DNA of 64,000 bases, taken from Candidatus Heimdallarchaeota archaeon (lineage in GTDB: Archaea > Asgardarchaeota > Heimdallarchaeia > JABLTI01). Both the position numbers and the translations under genes were made by a program. Shown here in pieces: positions 1 to 9,523 of the stretch (position 1 is the stretch's first letter; the number at the start of each line of letters is the position of its first letter). The stretch spans positions 64,001-128,000 of the forward strand of contig JAHLVW010000062.1 of NCBI GenBank assembly GCA_019058275.1. Reading direction: 5' to 3'. A model generated the notes under the pieces. It was not told the DNA's origin and searched no databases. It worked only from the letters and a program-made list of their open reading frames with translations.

Positions 1-32
1 CTAAAAATAAGAATTCAAAGAAGGTTAAAACA

Positions 33-896
33 TTGCAAAAGGATAAAGAAATCAAGATAAAGAAAGTTGGTATTTTAAAATTAGGCAATATTGCTTCTTC
101 TGTTCTCCTGGAAATGTTATTGGATGAACGTGCAGATCGTCTAGACATTGATATAAAGACAGTATCTTCAGGAGCAAAACTGATTTCGGAATCAATTGAT
201 GCTGCTTATAAGATATTCTCAAAGCTTAATTTTGACTTAATTATTGTTGCTACTCCTAATGCTTCGCTTAAGGCTCCTTTAAAAATTATTAATAAAATAA
301 TTGATCAGAAATTACCTCTAATTGTATTAACAGACGTAATGAAGAAAGAAGTAAGAGAAGAACTTGTTGAGAAAAATGTTGGTTACTTAATAATAAAATC
401 TGATGCAATGATTGGTGCTAGAAGAGAGTTTCTGGATCCTATTGAAATGGCGCTCTTTAACTCTGATCTAATCAAGGTCTTATCAATAGGTGGGGTGTTT
501 AATCTTATCTATAAGAAAATCGACATGGTTTTAGAACAGCTAATTGCTGATAAGAAAGTAAAATTCCCACAAAAAATTGTTACTTCTAGAAAAGCTGTAA
601 AATTTGCTGGATTCTCGAATCCCTATGCTGAAGCTAAAGCTCGAGCAGCACTAGAAATCGCTGAAAACGTAGCAAAAGTAAATACAGAAGGTTGTTTCAA
701 AATCAATGAGCGATTTGAATATATTCCACAAGTCGCAATGGGTCATGAAATGATGAGAATTGCTGCAAAACTTGCAGATGAAGCTAGAGAAATAGAGAAA
801 TCATTGAATCAAGTAAGAAGATGTCCACATGGTTATGAAGGGGAAATCCAAGATAAACGTACTTTAACTGAAAAACCAGATTCTGGTTACGAATAA
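33..896 (+). CDS. mtd: F420-dependent methylene-tetrahydromethanopterin dehydrogenase
   Basis: Mtd motifs KLGNIASS, LLDERADR, SGAKL, DAMIGARREFLDPIEMALFN, GFSNPYA.AKA and EGCF. Confidence 0.93.
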   Translation: MQKDKEIKIKKVGILKLGNIASSVLLEMLLDERADRLDIDIKTVSSGAKLISESIDAAYKIFSKLNFDLIIVATPNASLKAPLKIINKIIDQKLPLIVLTDVMKKEVREELVEKNVGYLIIKSDAMIGARREFLDPIEMALFNSDLIKVLSIGGVFNLIYKKIDMVLEQLIADKKVKFPQKIVTSRKAVKFAGFSNPYAEAKARAALEIAENVAKVNTEGCFKINERFEYIPQVAMGHEMMRIAAKLADEAREIEKSLNQVRRCPHGYEGEIQDKRTLTEKPDSGYE

Positions 897-913
897 AGAG
901 ATGATTAAAAGAA

Positions 914-1570
914 ATGCCATTATTGCTTGATGAATTATTTACCTGCCCAAATTGTAGTGTAGTTTTCCAATCAAAAATAGTTGGAAGTTATGACACATTT
1001 GGTAAAAATTATAGTGATTTGTATATTGCAAGCCAAGAGGATCCACAACCAGTTTTACATTTAATTAATATATGCCCAAAATGTGGCTTTGCAGCTTACT
1101 CTCTTGACTTTCGATTTTTTGACATAAGTTTAGATTTAGTTAAAGAATCGATAAAGAAAACAGAGGATTATACTGGCAGAAAAGCAACAGAATTTAATGT
1201 TGGTGATGGATATCTGCTGATAGCTGAGTATTTAGTTAATAAATCCTTAGAGCAAAGAACATCATCTCGGTTACAAGCATGTTATGCTTATAGAGAGCTC
1301 AAAGACAAGAATCTAGACAAAACTAGAAAATTAGTTCTAAAATCAATTGAGGAAATACTACACAGTAAAACATTCAATCAGAATCCTGAAGAGGTTTATC
1401 TTTACCTAGCTGGTGAGATAAATCGCTTGTTAGGTAATAATTTGGAATCATTAGAGTATTTTGAGTTAGCATTGAATAAAGCAACAAAGAATTCTGTAGT
1501 TTCTAAGCTTACACAACATCAATTAACAAGACCTCGCGAAGAAATTCCAAAAGATATCGTTAGACCATAA
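914..1570 (+). CDS. DUF2225-like zinc-finger/TPR protein
   Basis: CPNC...CPKCGFA zinc-binding pairs and the C-terminal TPR-like YLAGEINRLLG..ESLEYF helix. Confidence 0.7.
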   Translation: MPLLLDELFTCPNCSVVFQSKIVGSYDTFGKNYSDLYIASQEDPQPVLHLINICPKCGFAAYSLDFRFFDISLDLVKESIKKTEDYTGRKATEFNVGDGYLLIAEYLVNKSLEQRTSSRLQACYAYRELKDKNLDKTRKLVLKSIEEILHSKTFNQNPEEVYLYLAGEINRLLGNNLESLEYFELALNKATKNSVVSKLTQHQLTRPREEIPKDIVRP

Positions 1571-1708
1571 TTTTCGATAAAATTTGTTTGATACCTTGCA
1601 TTTATTCCTATTAAATAATACTTAAAAGCAATAAAACAATGAAATTTCTGAAAAATCAAGAAAGATTTCACAAATTTCGTGCATATGGAAATTATCTGAG
1701 GATAACAA

Positions 1709-2332
1709 ATGAATGCAATTACAGGTGAGAATATGAGTGTAGCAGATGAAGAAGCATTTTTCAAAATCATAATAGTTGGTGATGGCGCTGTAGGTAAAAC
1801 AAGCATTTGCAATCATATTACAACAAAAGAATTCTTTTCGGATTATCGTTTAACAGTTGGCTGTGATTTCTTCATAAAGAAATTTTATGTAAATAATGTA
1901 AGTGTCACATTACAAATGTTCGATGTTGGAGGACAAGATCATTTTGCTCGTATGAGATCAGCATTTGCTGGTGGAGCAAAAGGTATCTTTCTAGCTTTTG
2001 ATATAACCAGACGAGATAGCTTATTTAATTTAGTTGATTGGTTAGAATCAGTTAAAGATGAATTGGATCCCCGAGCACCAAAAGTACTAGTTGCTACAAA
2101 ATCTGACTTAAACAAAGAAGCTGAAATTTGGAAAGATGATATTGATGGCTTTAAAGAGAAGCTAAAAGTTGATGCTTATTTTGACACTTCCTCATACACT
2201 GGCGATGGTGTTAAAGAAGCATTTGAAGCAATGGCTCTACTACTTATCTCAAAGTATGATGAAGTAGAATATACAAGATCTGCTCAGAAAATGAAATTTC
2301 TTGAAGGATTTTATCCTGGGTTTAAAGCTTGA
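1709..2332 (+). CDS. Rab/Ras-like small GTPase (Asgard eukaryotic signature protein)
   Basis: G1 GDGAVGKT, G2 LTVG, G3 DVGGQ, G4 variant TKSD and G5 TSS. No C-terminal prenylation cysteine. The start may be the second Met (1733). Confidence 0.9.
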   Translation: MNAITGENMSVADEEAFFKIIIVGDGAVGKTSICNHITTKEFFSDYRLTVGCDFFIKKFYVNNVSVTLQMFDVGGQDHFARMRSAFAGGAKGIFLAFDITRRDSLFNLVDWLESVKDELDPRAPKVLVATKSDLNKEAEIWKDDIDGFKEKLKVDAYFDTSSYTGDGVKEAFEAMALLLISKYDEVEYTRSAQKMKFLEGFYPGFKA

Positions 2333-2437
2333 TAGAAAATTCATAAGGAATTTTTCAAGTGAAAAGTTCTTTTTCTTTAGATTTGTAAATTAGAGAAAAA
2401 ATAAAATCAAAGTAGATTTTGGACATCTACTTTTCAT

Positions 2438-3115
2438 TTAATACCCAACATAACTACCGCATTTTGGACAGTACGTTGTTTGTTTATCTATCTCTTCACC
2501 GCAGGTAGAACAAATTGATGACCCTTTAGTTTTTCTTTTATCATCATCTACGATTTCTACTTTTACATCATGCATTTTACCTTGTTTTTTGGCTTTGCGA
2601 ATTGTTTCACTGCTTTTTGCTTGTTGCTGTTTCATTCCTCGTTTATAACGCATTTCAGGGCATTCATTCACAAGTTTTTTCCAGTTACCAAAAGTTATTC
2701 GATACATAACATTAGTTAGGAGACGCCATTCTTCAATAAAGATAAATATTGGAAAAATCAAACCCAGTGAAATTACCAGAAGTAGCCAATTTACAAATGC
2801 TACAATAAACCCGAAATAGACATAGTACATGCTACCGAAATCTCTCCACACTTCATCTTTGTCATGGATTGCACCGTAGAGAAGAGCAGAATTAAAGTAA
2901 ACCCATAAGTATAGTGTTTTTGCTGGTCGACCTCGTCCGAAATATACTACTACGTAGTAGGGGAATAGGACTATATGTGCTGGGAGAGTTATTAAACTAA
3001 ATATAAATGCAACAAGTGGTGCATAGGTAAAATAAGCAAAAACGACTCTTCTAGGTAAACATACTGTTCGTAAAAATGGTAAATTAAGATCGTATCTTTC
3101 ACTTACTTCAGACAT
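2438..3115 (-). CDS. Membrane protein with C-terminal zinc ribbon
   Basis: Hydrophobic N-terminal half and a terminal CSTC-x10-CPKC motif. Confidence 0.7.
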   Translation of the reverse strand: MSEVSERYDLNLPFLRTVCLPRRVVFAYFTYAPLVAFIFSLITLPAHIVLFPYYVVVYFGRGRPAKTLYLWVYFNSALLYGAIHDKDEVWRDFGSMYYVYFGFIVAFVNWLLLVISLGLIFPIFIFIEEWRLLTNVMYRITFGNWKKLVNECPEMRYKRGMKQQQAKSSETIRKAKKQGKMHDVKVEIVDDDKRKTKGSSICSTCGEEIDKQTTYCPKCGSYVGY

Positions 3116-3177
3116 TTTTCATCACAACTCTTTTTTGAACTTTATCTTATAAAATAGTTTGTAAATAAAGAATAATG

Positions 3178-5571
3178 CTAGTCATTCTGTTGTTCTGTCA
3201 TTATCCTTTTTATAATCCAATCTGGTGATTGATAAATTTTCTTGGATATTTTTTCAAGTTGAGAACTTTCTATTTTTTTTAATATTTTAGCAATTTCTCT
3301 CGCTCGAGTAAAATCAACAACGTCAAATAATCCTATTAGTTCGTTAATAGCAAACTGATCATTTGTTTTAGCTAGAATTATTAAAGCATCCTTGTAAAGT
3401 TCTTCATCAACAGGATGTTCAATTAATTCTTTAATTTCTGTCATTGGTATACTTGCGTTTGATATTTTTAATCCTTCAATTACACTTTCGACAATTGAAA
3501 TCTTTCTAAAATGCTCGCCAAGTTCTGATAACCATTCTTCATCAGAATCATCAATATTTTCCGAATCTGGAAAAATCTCTGAAGGATCATATACATTTGA
3601 ACCGTTAAAGAAATCAGTTTGTTCAGGTAGTTCACTATCAAAATTTTGCAAATCTTCACGTAATTCAATAGGTTTTTGAGCTTTGGAATTTAGTCTATTT
3701 ATCCATCGAGGTATATCTCTATCTGGTAGATTCTTGTCTAATAAAGATATGCTCTCACGAACCTTAGGTGTTGCTCCAATTTCCTTTGTATCTCTAATTT
3801 GTCCTTCTATTGGACTGTCAAAGATTTCATCCACTTCCCATCGAGAATCATAGATTTCATCGATTTCTCCTGCAAGCTCCAGAGTTCCTTCTTCAATTGC
3901 TTGGAAAATTATTTTAATGAACAATGAGATTGCTTCTTGTGAATTTAGTTTGCCTAAAGTGATAATTGCTTCTCGTTGCACGTTCATGAATTGCTCATAC
4001 AAAGCTAAGGAAACCAATTTTTCTTCTATTTCAGGTGTGATAACTGATATTTTTTTAATGCTATTTATAGCTTGAAACTTTATCTTTGGATCGTAATCAT
4101 CTAGTGCTTCAAGAAGAATAGGGATTCCTTCTCCTAATCCAATATTTCCTAAAGCATACAGAGCATTCCAATAGTAAATTTCGTTAAAATCAGCATTGAA
4201 CCATTGGAGAAAATCAAGGTCAAACGATTTGTGAAATGTTGTTAAAAGCTCGTTATTAAAATCATCAATAAAATCAATATCTGAATGATAGGAATTATGT
4301 TCCTGATCCAAAGTGCTTCTCTTTTCAAAATCAACTTGTTGATTAATTTTAGATATAATAAACTCAGCTGAAAGTTTGCCACCAATTTGACTAAGACAAC
4401 TTATAAGTTCAAAATCCTGCTCTTGATCTAGATTGCTATTTTTAGCTATTTCAAGTAAATAATCTTCATATTCATCTAAATTGAAATTTCGAATGATCCT
4501 AAGAGCAAGTATAAAATCTTCATTATGGGGATTTAAAGAGCTTTGAACATATGATTTCAGATATTGAAGAATTTGATTATTTGGAAATTTGTTTAGTTTA
4601 TTCCATGAATTAATAATTTGATCCCTTATATCTTTATTGATTGAATATGGATCAATACTAGTGTATAATTCCTCCAAAGCTATTTTCAAAGCATAGATTG
4701 TTTTGATTAAATCAAAGGAAGGTTCTTCTTTACTCATTCCAAGCAATTTATCAATAATATTTTCTAATTCAATTTCCTCAATTAATTCAAGCTCATATGG
4801 GAGAATAACTGAGATGACATTGATTAGTTTTAAAGTAATTGGCTGTAGAAAATCATCATTTGAATCTACAAATAAAGAGGGTTTAATACCCATCCAAACA
4901 AGTTCTCTCGATAGATAAATGCTTCTTGAAAAGGGAGTAATAAAATCAAATTCTTTTCTTTTATAAAGCCATAGTGCTGCTAATGGATTGCCTTTTTGTA
5001 CTAATATCTTTGCAATGGATAATCTTTGTATTTCATTTTTATTTTGGAAAACAAATTTTGTACTTAGTAGTTCAACTATTCTCTTATTTGTCATTAGTCC
5101 TAAGGTATAGTAAGCATCTTCAAATAAAATATCATAATTAGATATTCTTTCAATTACATCGAAGAACTCATCAATATCAAAATAACCCGCCATTAGCAGG
5201 CCTATTCGTCTTTCTTCTGCTATTGGTGATTTTAATAATCTCTCCACATTCCTAAAAATATGGTCCTCATAAGAGCTGAGATTAATATTACGAAAGAGCT
5301 TAATTAATGCAATAGATAAAGAAATGGAATTACCAATTATATGGGCAAGAGAAAGAATGTCTATAATCATATGAAAATCAAGTTTTGAAGAAATATCATC
5401 TAATATTAATTCAATTTCATATGGAGTAAGCTTGAAATAATTGTCAGTAAATATCTTCCAATTTTCTAAATCATAGGATAGGAGATATTTGTTGACAGCT
5501 TTCTTGTAATCTTTCGATGTAAGTGCAAGCATAACTTCACGAGAATATTTGTCCAAACTTTTTTTCACCAT
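3178..5571 (-). CDS. HEAT-repeat (PBS-lyase-like) protein
   Basis: Repeats such as ALYALGNIG..EGIPILLEALDDYDPKIKFQAINSI and VQREAIITLGKL, separated by acidic linkers. Confidence 0.75.
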   Translation of the reverse strand: MVKKSLDKYSREVMLALTSKDYKKAVNKYLLSYDLENWKIFTDNYFKLTPYEIELILDDISSKLDFHMIIDILSLAHIIGNSISLSIALIKLFRNINLSSYEDHIFRNVERLLKSPIAEERRIGLLMAGYFDIDEFFDVIERISNYDILFEDAYYTLGLMTNKRIVELLSTKFVFQNKNEIQRLSIAKILVQKGNPLAALWLYKRKEFDFITPFSRSIYLSRELVWMGIKPSLFVDSNDDFLQPITLKLINVISVILPYELELIEEIELENIIDKLLGMSKEEPSFDLIKTIYALKIALEELYTSIDPYSINKDIRDQIINSWNKLNKFPNNQILQYLKSYVQSSLNPHNEDFILALRIIRNFNLDEYEDYLLEIAKNSNLDQEQDFELISCLSQIGGKLSAEFIISKINQQVDFEKRSTLDQEHNSYHSDIDFIDDFNNELLTTFHKSFDLDFLQWFNADFNEIYYWNALYALGNIGLGEGIPILLEALDDYDPKIKFQAINSIKKISVITPEIEEKLVSLALYEQFMNVQREAIITLGKLNSQEAISLFIKIIFQAIEEGTLELAGEIDEIYDSRWEVDEIFDSPIEGQIRDTKEIGATPKVRESISLLDKNLPDRDIPRWINRLNSKAQKPIELREDLQNFDSELPEQTDFFNGSNVYDPSEIFPDSENIDDSDEEWLSELGEHFRKISIVESVIEGLKISNASIPMTEIKELIEHPVDEELYKDALIILAKTNDQFAINELIGLFDVVDFTRAREIAKILKKIESSQLEKISKKIYQSPDWIIKRIMTEQQND

Positions 5572-5821
5572 TAATGCAATGCTAGATTTAACCAGTTATC
5601 TCGCAACGGTCGAAAATGGTTTTAAAATCTTTGGATAGACTAAACATAATTATCGAAGAAAGCAGAAAAGAGCTTCTTATATCGTCTTATATACCTATAA
5701 TTCCAGTAAAAGTTACCTTTATAGAATAAGAGGTCAGATATAATAGTTGACATTCAGTTAATTTGAGAACCAATTCTTATGAAAAAAGAGAAGCAAAAAG
5801 CTCCATTAGAAAAAAACTAGA

Positions 5822-7153
5822 ATGTCTCTAAAAAATATTGGTTTGAACGATTTGAACATTCCAACTTTAAAGTTAAAGGAAGGGAGGAAATACGCACTAT
5901 TCCTAGGTTTAGCAATAGTCAGTATTATGCTCTTAACAATCATTGTTTATGTTCAGTCAAACAACTCTCACTTGCCCCAAATAGAAGGTATAATTGATCC
6001 TGAAGAAGATAATTGGGAAGCTCCAGTTGAAACGTATGATTATAGCTTTATTAGCAGCTTAAAGTTTAAGGATAGAGAAGGTGATTCTGATAATGATGGC
6101 CTAACAGACAAAGAAGAAAAGATTCATTTTTGTAATCCTATGAACAATGATTCAGATTTCGACGGACTTTTAGATGGCGAAGAAGTTCATATATATCACA
6201 CAATACCAATCTCTCCAGATTCGGATAGAGACTATATAATTGATCCACTAGAGATCTTCAAATTCAAAACCAAACCTTTAGATGCTGACACAGATGACGA
6301 TGGTCTTAATGATGGCCTTGAAATTTATCGGTATCATACAAATCCATTTCTGAAAGATTCTGATTTAGACATGTTAGATGACTTTGATGAAGTAAAAGTC
6401 TACTATACTGATCCATCTGATATTGATACTGATTGTGATGGTCTTCTTGATGGCGAAGAAGTTCACATTTACTTTACGGATCCCCTTACAAGAGATACAG
6501 ATGGAGATGGTTGGATAGACTCTTGGGAGGTCAACAAAAATCATAATCCACTGAGGAAAGATAATTGGGATAATATTATAGGTAAATATATTATCATTCC
6601 AAGTGTTTTCGTTATTGTCTTAGTCATTGGTCTATTTGCTTCGGTTGATGTAAAATCAATTAGCTTGTTTAATTTCCGGATCACATATCAACAGAAATTA
6701 CAGACAGATGCTAACCGTCAACTATTGTTTGAGTTACTTACCAAACTTCCTGATAACAAACAGATTAATGTTCAAGAATTTGCTAGAATAATTGGTAAAT
6801 CTGAAGAAGATGTTTGTCAACTACTAAGCAGTATTTTTGAACCAGATGAAGTCGATGATGAACAATTGAAACCAGAAGATTTTATAATTCACACACATTC
6901 AAATCTCCCATCTTTTGATTTCACATGTTTCTATTGTGGAAATCCCATTGATATCAACTCTGATGATTGCAAATTCTGTGATGAATACATTGTAAGATGC
7001 AAAGTTTGCAATATCCCTATAACACACAATGAGTCTTATGCTACTTGTGCGAGTTGTGGCATTGTGGGGAAACCTGAGGACATATACGGTTTCATGTCTC
7101 TAGAACTCATTTGTGAACGATGTATAATGAGTAGCAAGTACATGACTATATAA
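5822..7153 (+). CDS. Membrane protein with TSP3-like Ca-binding repeats, cytoplasmic winged-helix-like region, zinc ribbon and degenerate RING-like finger
   Basis: N-terminal TM, about 7 D(S/T)DxDGLxDxxE repeats, a second TM, an INVQEFARIIGKSEEDV helix-turn-helix, and five CxxC pairs. Confidence 0.75.
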   Translation: MSLKNIGLNDLNIPTLKLKEGRKYALFLGLAIVSIMLLTIIVYVQSNNSHLPQIEGIIDPEEDNWEAPVETYDYSFISSLKFKDREGDSDNDGLTDKEEKIHFCNPMNNDSDFDGLLDGEEVHIYHTIPISPDSDRDYIIDPLEIFKFKTKPLDADTDDDGLNDGLEIYRYHTNPFLKDSDLDMLDDFDEVKVYYTDPSDIDTDCDGLLDGEEVHIYFTDPLTRDTDGDGWIDSWEVNKNHNPLRKDNWDNIIGKYIIIPSVFVIVLVIGLFASVDVKSISLFNFRITYQQKLQTDANRQLLFELLTKLPDNKQINVQEFARIIGKSEEDVCQLLSSIFEPDEVDDEQLKPEDFIIHTHSNLPSFDFTCFYCGNPIDINSDDCKFCDEYIVRCKVCNIPITHNESYATCASCGIVGKPEDIYGFMSLELICERCIMSSKYMTI

Positions 7154-7236
7154 TTTCCCTTTTTTTCTTTATTTTATTTAACTATGCAAGTTTGAATTTT
7201 TGAATAACTTTAAAATAAAACTAAAATAATCACTTC

Positions 7237-8367
7237 ATGGTGTTGCATTTGAAACGAATGGTTATGCTTGCAAGAGAAATAACTAAGAAAGAGATTGATT
7301 TAGGAATCGGAACTGAAAGAAGTAGCACAAGACTATCGCCAATATTCAAAACTCTTAATCTTAACATCCCAATTAAAGATGGGAAACCCTACAAACCTGA
7401 AATTCCTATTAATCCCTTTGAAGGTACACCAATGATGGTGATGCCATTATTGTATATTCCTCATGATGAATCTTATTTGTTTGGAACACCATCAATTTTA
7501 GAAAAAGCAAGCGAACAAACAATAAAACCTACAAAAGCAATTTCTGATCCTGGAAAAGGAACAGGTTCACCTGTAATTGCTGCTTCTTTAACTGCTAAAG
7601 ATGATAATATCTTAATAGTCGCACCTTGTGATCAGTACCTAAGTTCTGCAGTGAAATCTGCTGTAAAGCAAATCTTAGAGAATATGGAGAAGGGTGGCTA
7701 CTCTAGTGGAACACTCTTAACAACCGGGACAAGAAATCCAGCTTTTAGTTATCTTAAAGTCAAAGGTGAAAAAGCAACTGAATTTATTTTAAAGGGAACA
7801 ATTCCTACTGATGATATGATTGCTGAAACAATGGTGGTTTGTATTCGTTCAGATTATTTGAAAAAACAGATTCTTGCAACAAAAGATGCGAAATTAAAAG
7901 ATTTGCAGAAAATATATCCCTATCCTAAAGAAGAGATCATAAAGATACAGAATCAACTTCGAGTAATAAGCATTTTAATTGAAACTTGTAAGGATATTGA
8001 TGAATATCTAAAGACTTGTCCATTCTGTGATTTTTCTAAAGTGATTCACAGGTTGCTAATTTCTGATATGACTTATGCTACAGTTGAATATCAAGAGGAA
8101 TGGGACGATCTTGGTGACTGGCAGAAAGTCTATCGTACACCTATTTATCCAAAGGATGAAAGCAATAATGTTGTTTTTTCTAAATCCGGTTTGTTATCAT
8201 ATGCTGATTGTAAGAATTCGATCATAGCGAATTTCACTGAAAATAAAGTAATTGTTAATGGGCTCGAAAATCGGATATATGCAGTTGGTCCAAGAGGTTC
8301 CATTGATTTACCTCTGGATTTGGATCCACAAATCTTCAAAAAAGAGGTTAGTAAAATTAAGATGTAA
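7237..8367 (+). CDS. Divergent mannose-1-phosphate guanylyltransferase-like nucleotidyltransferase
   Basis: TRLSP, GKGTGSP, IVAPCDQ, WDDLGDW and DESNNVV...CKNSII correspond to ManC-family motifs. The glycine-rich loop is altered. Confidence 0.6.
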   Translation: MVLHLKRMVMLAREITKKEIDLGIGTERSSTRLSPIFKTLNLNIPIKDGKPYKPEIPINPFEGTPMMVMPLLYIPHDESYLFGTPSILEKASEQTIKPTKAISDPGKGTGSPVIAASLTAKDDNILIVAPCDQYLSSAVKSAVKQILENMEKGGYSSGTLLTTGTRNPAFSYLKVKGEKATEFILKGTIPTDDMIAETMVVCIRSDYLKKQILATKDAKLKDLQKIYPYPKEEIIKIQNQLRVISILIETCKDIDEYLKTCPFCDFSKVIHRLLISDMTYATVEYQEEWDDLGDWQKVYRTPIYPKDESNNVVFSKSGLLSYADCKNSIIANFTENKVIVNGLENRIYAVGPRGSIDLPLDLDPQIFKKEVSKIKM

Positions 8368-8374
8368 AAAGTAT

Positions 8375-9499
8375 TTACTTGGAATATTTTGCTAACTTTT
8401 TCAGTGTATATTTTAGAATTCCTTTAAAGAAACGATGTTCACCAAGCTTCTCTTTACAAAATTCAATTAATCGGTTTTCTTTTAGAGCATCTTGCGCTTC
8501 AACTAAAATTTGTTGATAGATATATGCATTATGCATTGCTCTATTTCTAAACCCTTCATTACCACCTAATTTCATTTTCTGTTCTATTTCTTCAAAATTG
8601 GCATTATTACAAATTGGACATGAGCAACAATATTGATCCCATTTAACACTCGTAGTACACATGGTTGTTTTATTAGATACTTTTCTTGCACCAATTTTAT
8701 CTTGATAAACTAAGAAGTATTTAGCATTTATAATCCATGATATACTTTCAATACTATCAGCTCCTGAAAGCAGAAATAATAAGCCTGCAAGTGGGCTCCC
8801 AACACCAAAAAGATGTAGGATTAAATCTTCACTATTGGAATTGAGCTGTTTTCTTCCTTCTATGACTCTGTCTATAATATTGAAGTATCTTGTATGCGAT
8901 GTAGATGATTGTTTCATTTGAGGAACTAACCCACCAATTCCCCATATTTTAAAATCAGCTATTTTCTTTACTTTTGTAAAATATTGTTTTATCTCTTCAG
9001 GATTTATACCATGAAGTACAGGCATAACCTCAATACCATTGTTTATCTGTTCATTTGCTAATTTAATATTTGAAATAGATTTTTTAGCTAGGTCTTCAGC
9101 TTTTTTAAGTGAGAAATCCTGTAGGATAGGATAATCTAAACCTACAGCAATATCTGCTTTTGAAGCTATTTGAAGATTAATGACTTTATTCGGGTCAATT
9201 TCCTCTCCTTCCCCTCGAGAAATAAATTGAAATCCCCCGGAATCCATTGCACAAATTTCATTTTTCAAACCAAGTTCTTTATGAATTCCGTTTTCTCGTA
9301 TTCTCTTTTCAAGTCGTCCATTACGTAATATATCATAAGCATTTGTCATTACAGAAATATTTGGAATGTTCAACCATGGTCTAGGGTTATTATCTCTAAA
9401 AGAATAAGTTAACATCATTGTCGGAGTATGGAAATCCTTAGCGTTTACTTTAGTTATTTTTTCTATTGCTAAACCATTTGACTCCTTAGGTTTCAACAT
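8375..9499 (-). CDS. tRNA-guanine transglycosylase (TGT) family protein, short form without PUA domain
   Basis: MTNAY, DSGGFQ, LDYP, GIGGLVP, HLFGVG and the zinc site CSCPIC...HNAY. Confidence 0.85.
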   Translation of the reverse strand: MLKPKESNGLAIEKITKVNAKDFHTPTMMLTYSFRDNNPRPWLNIPNISVMTNAYDILRNGRLEKRIRENGIHKELGLKNEICAMDSGGFQFISRGEGEEIDPNKVINLQIASKADIAVGLDYPILQDFSLKKAEDLAKKSISNIKLANEQINNGIEVMPVLHGINPEEIKQYFTKVKKIADFKIWGIGGLVPQMKQSSTSHTRYFNIIDRVIEGRKQLNSNSEDLILHLFGVGSPLAGLLFLLSGADSIESISWIINAKYFLVYQDKIGARKVSNKTTMCTTSVKWDQYCCSCPICNNANFEEIEQKMKLGGNEGFRNRAMHNAYIYQQILVEAQDALKENRLIEFCKEKLGEHRFFKGILKYTLKKLAKYSK

Positions 9500-9523
9500 A
9501 TTCTTAATCGCCTATATTACAAA

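Noticed and set aside
8375-9499. Calling this gene canonical tgtA or dpdA
   Set aside because: It lacks the ArcTGT C-terminal/PUA domains and has Glu at the nucleophile position, and there are no dpdB/dpdC or preQ0-synthesis neighbours. I left it as a TGT-family paralog.
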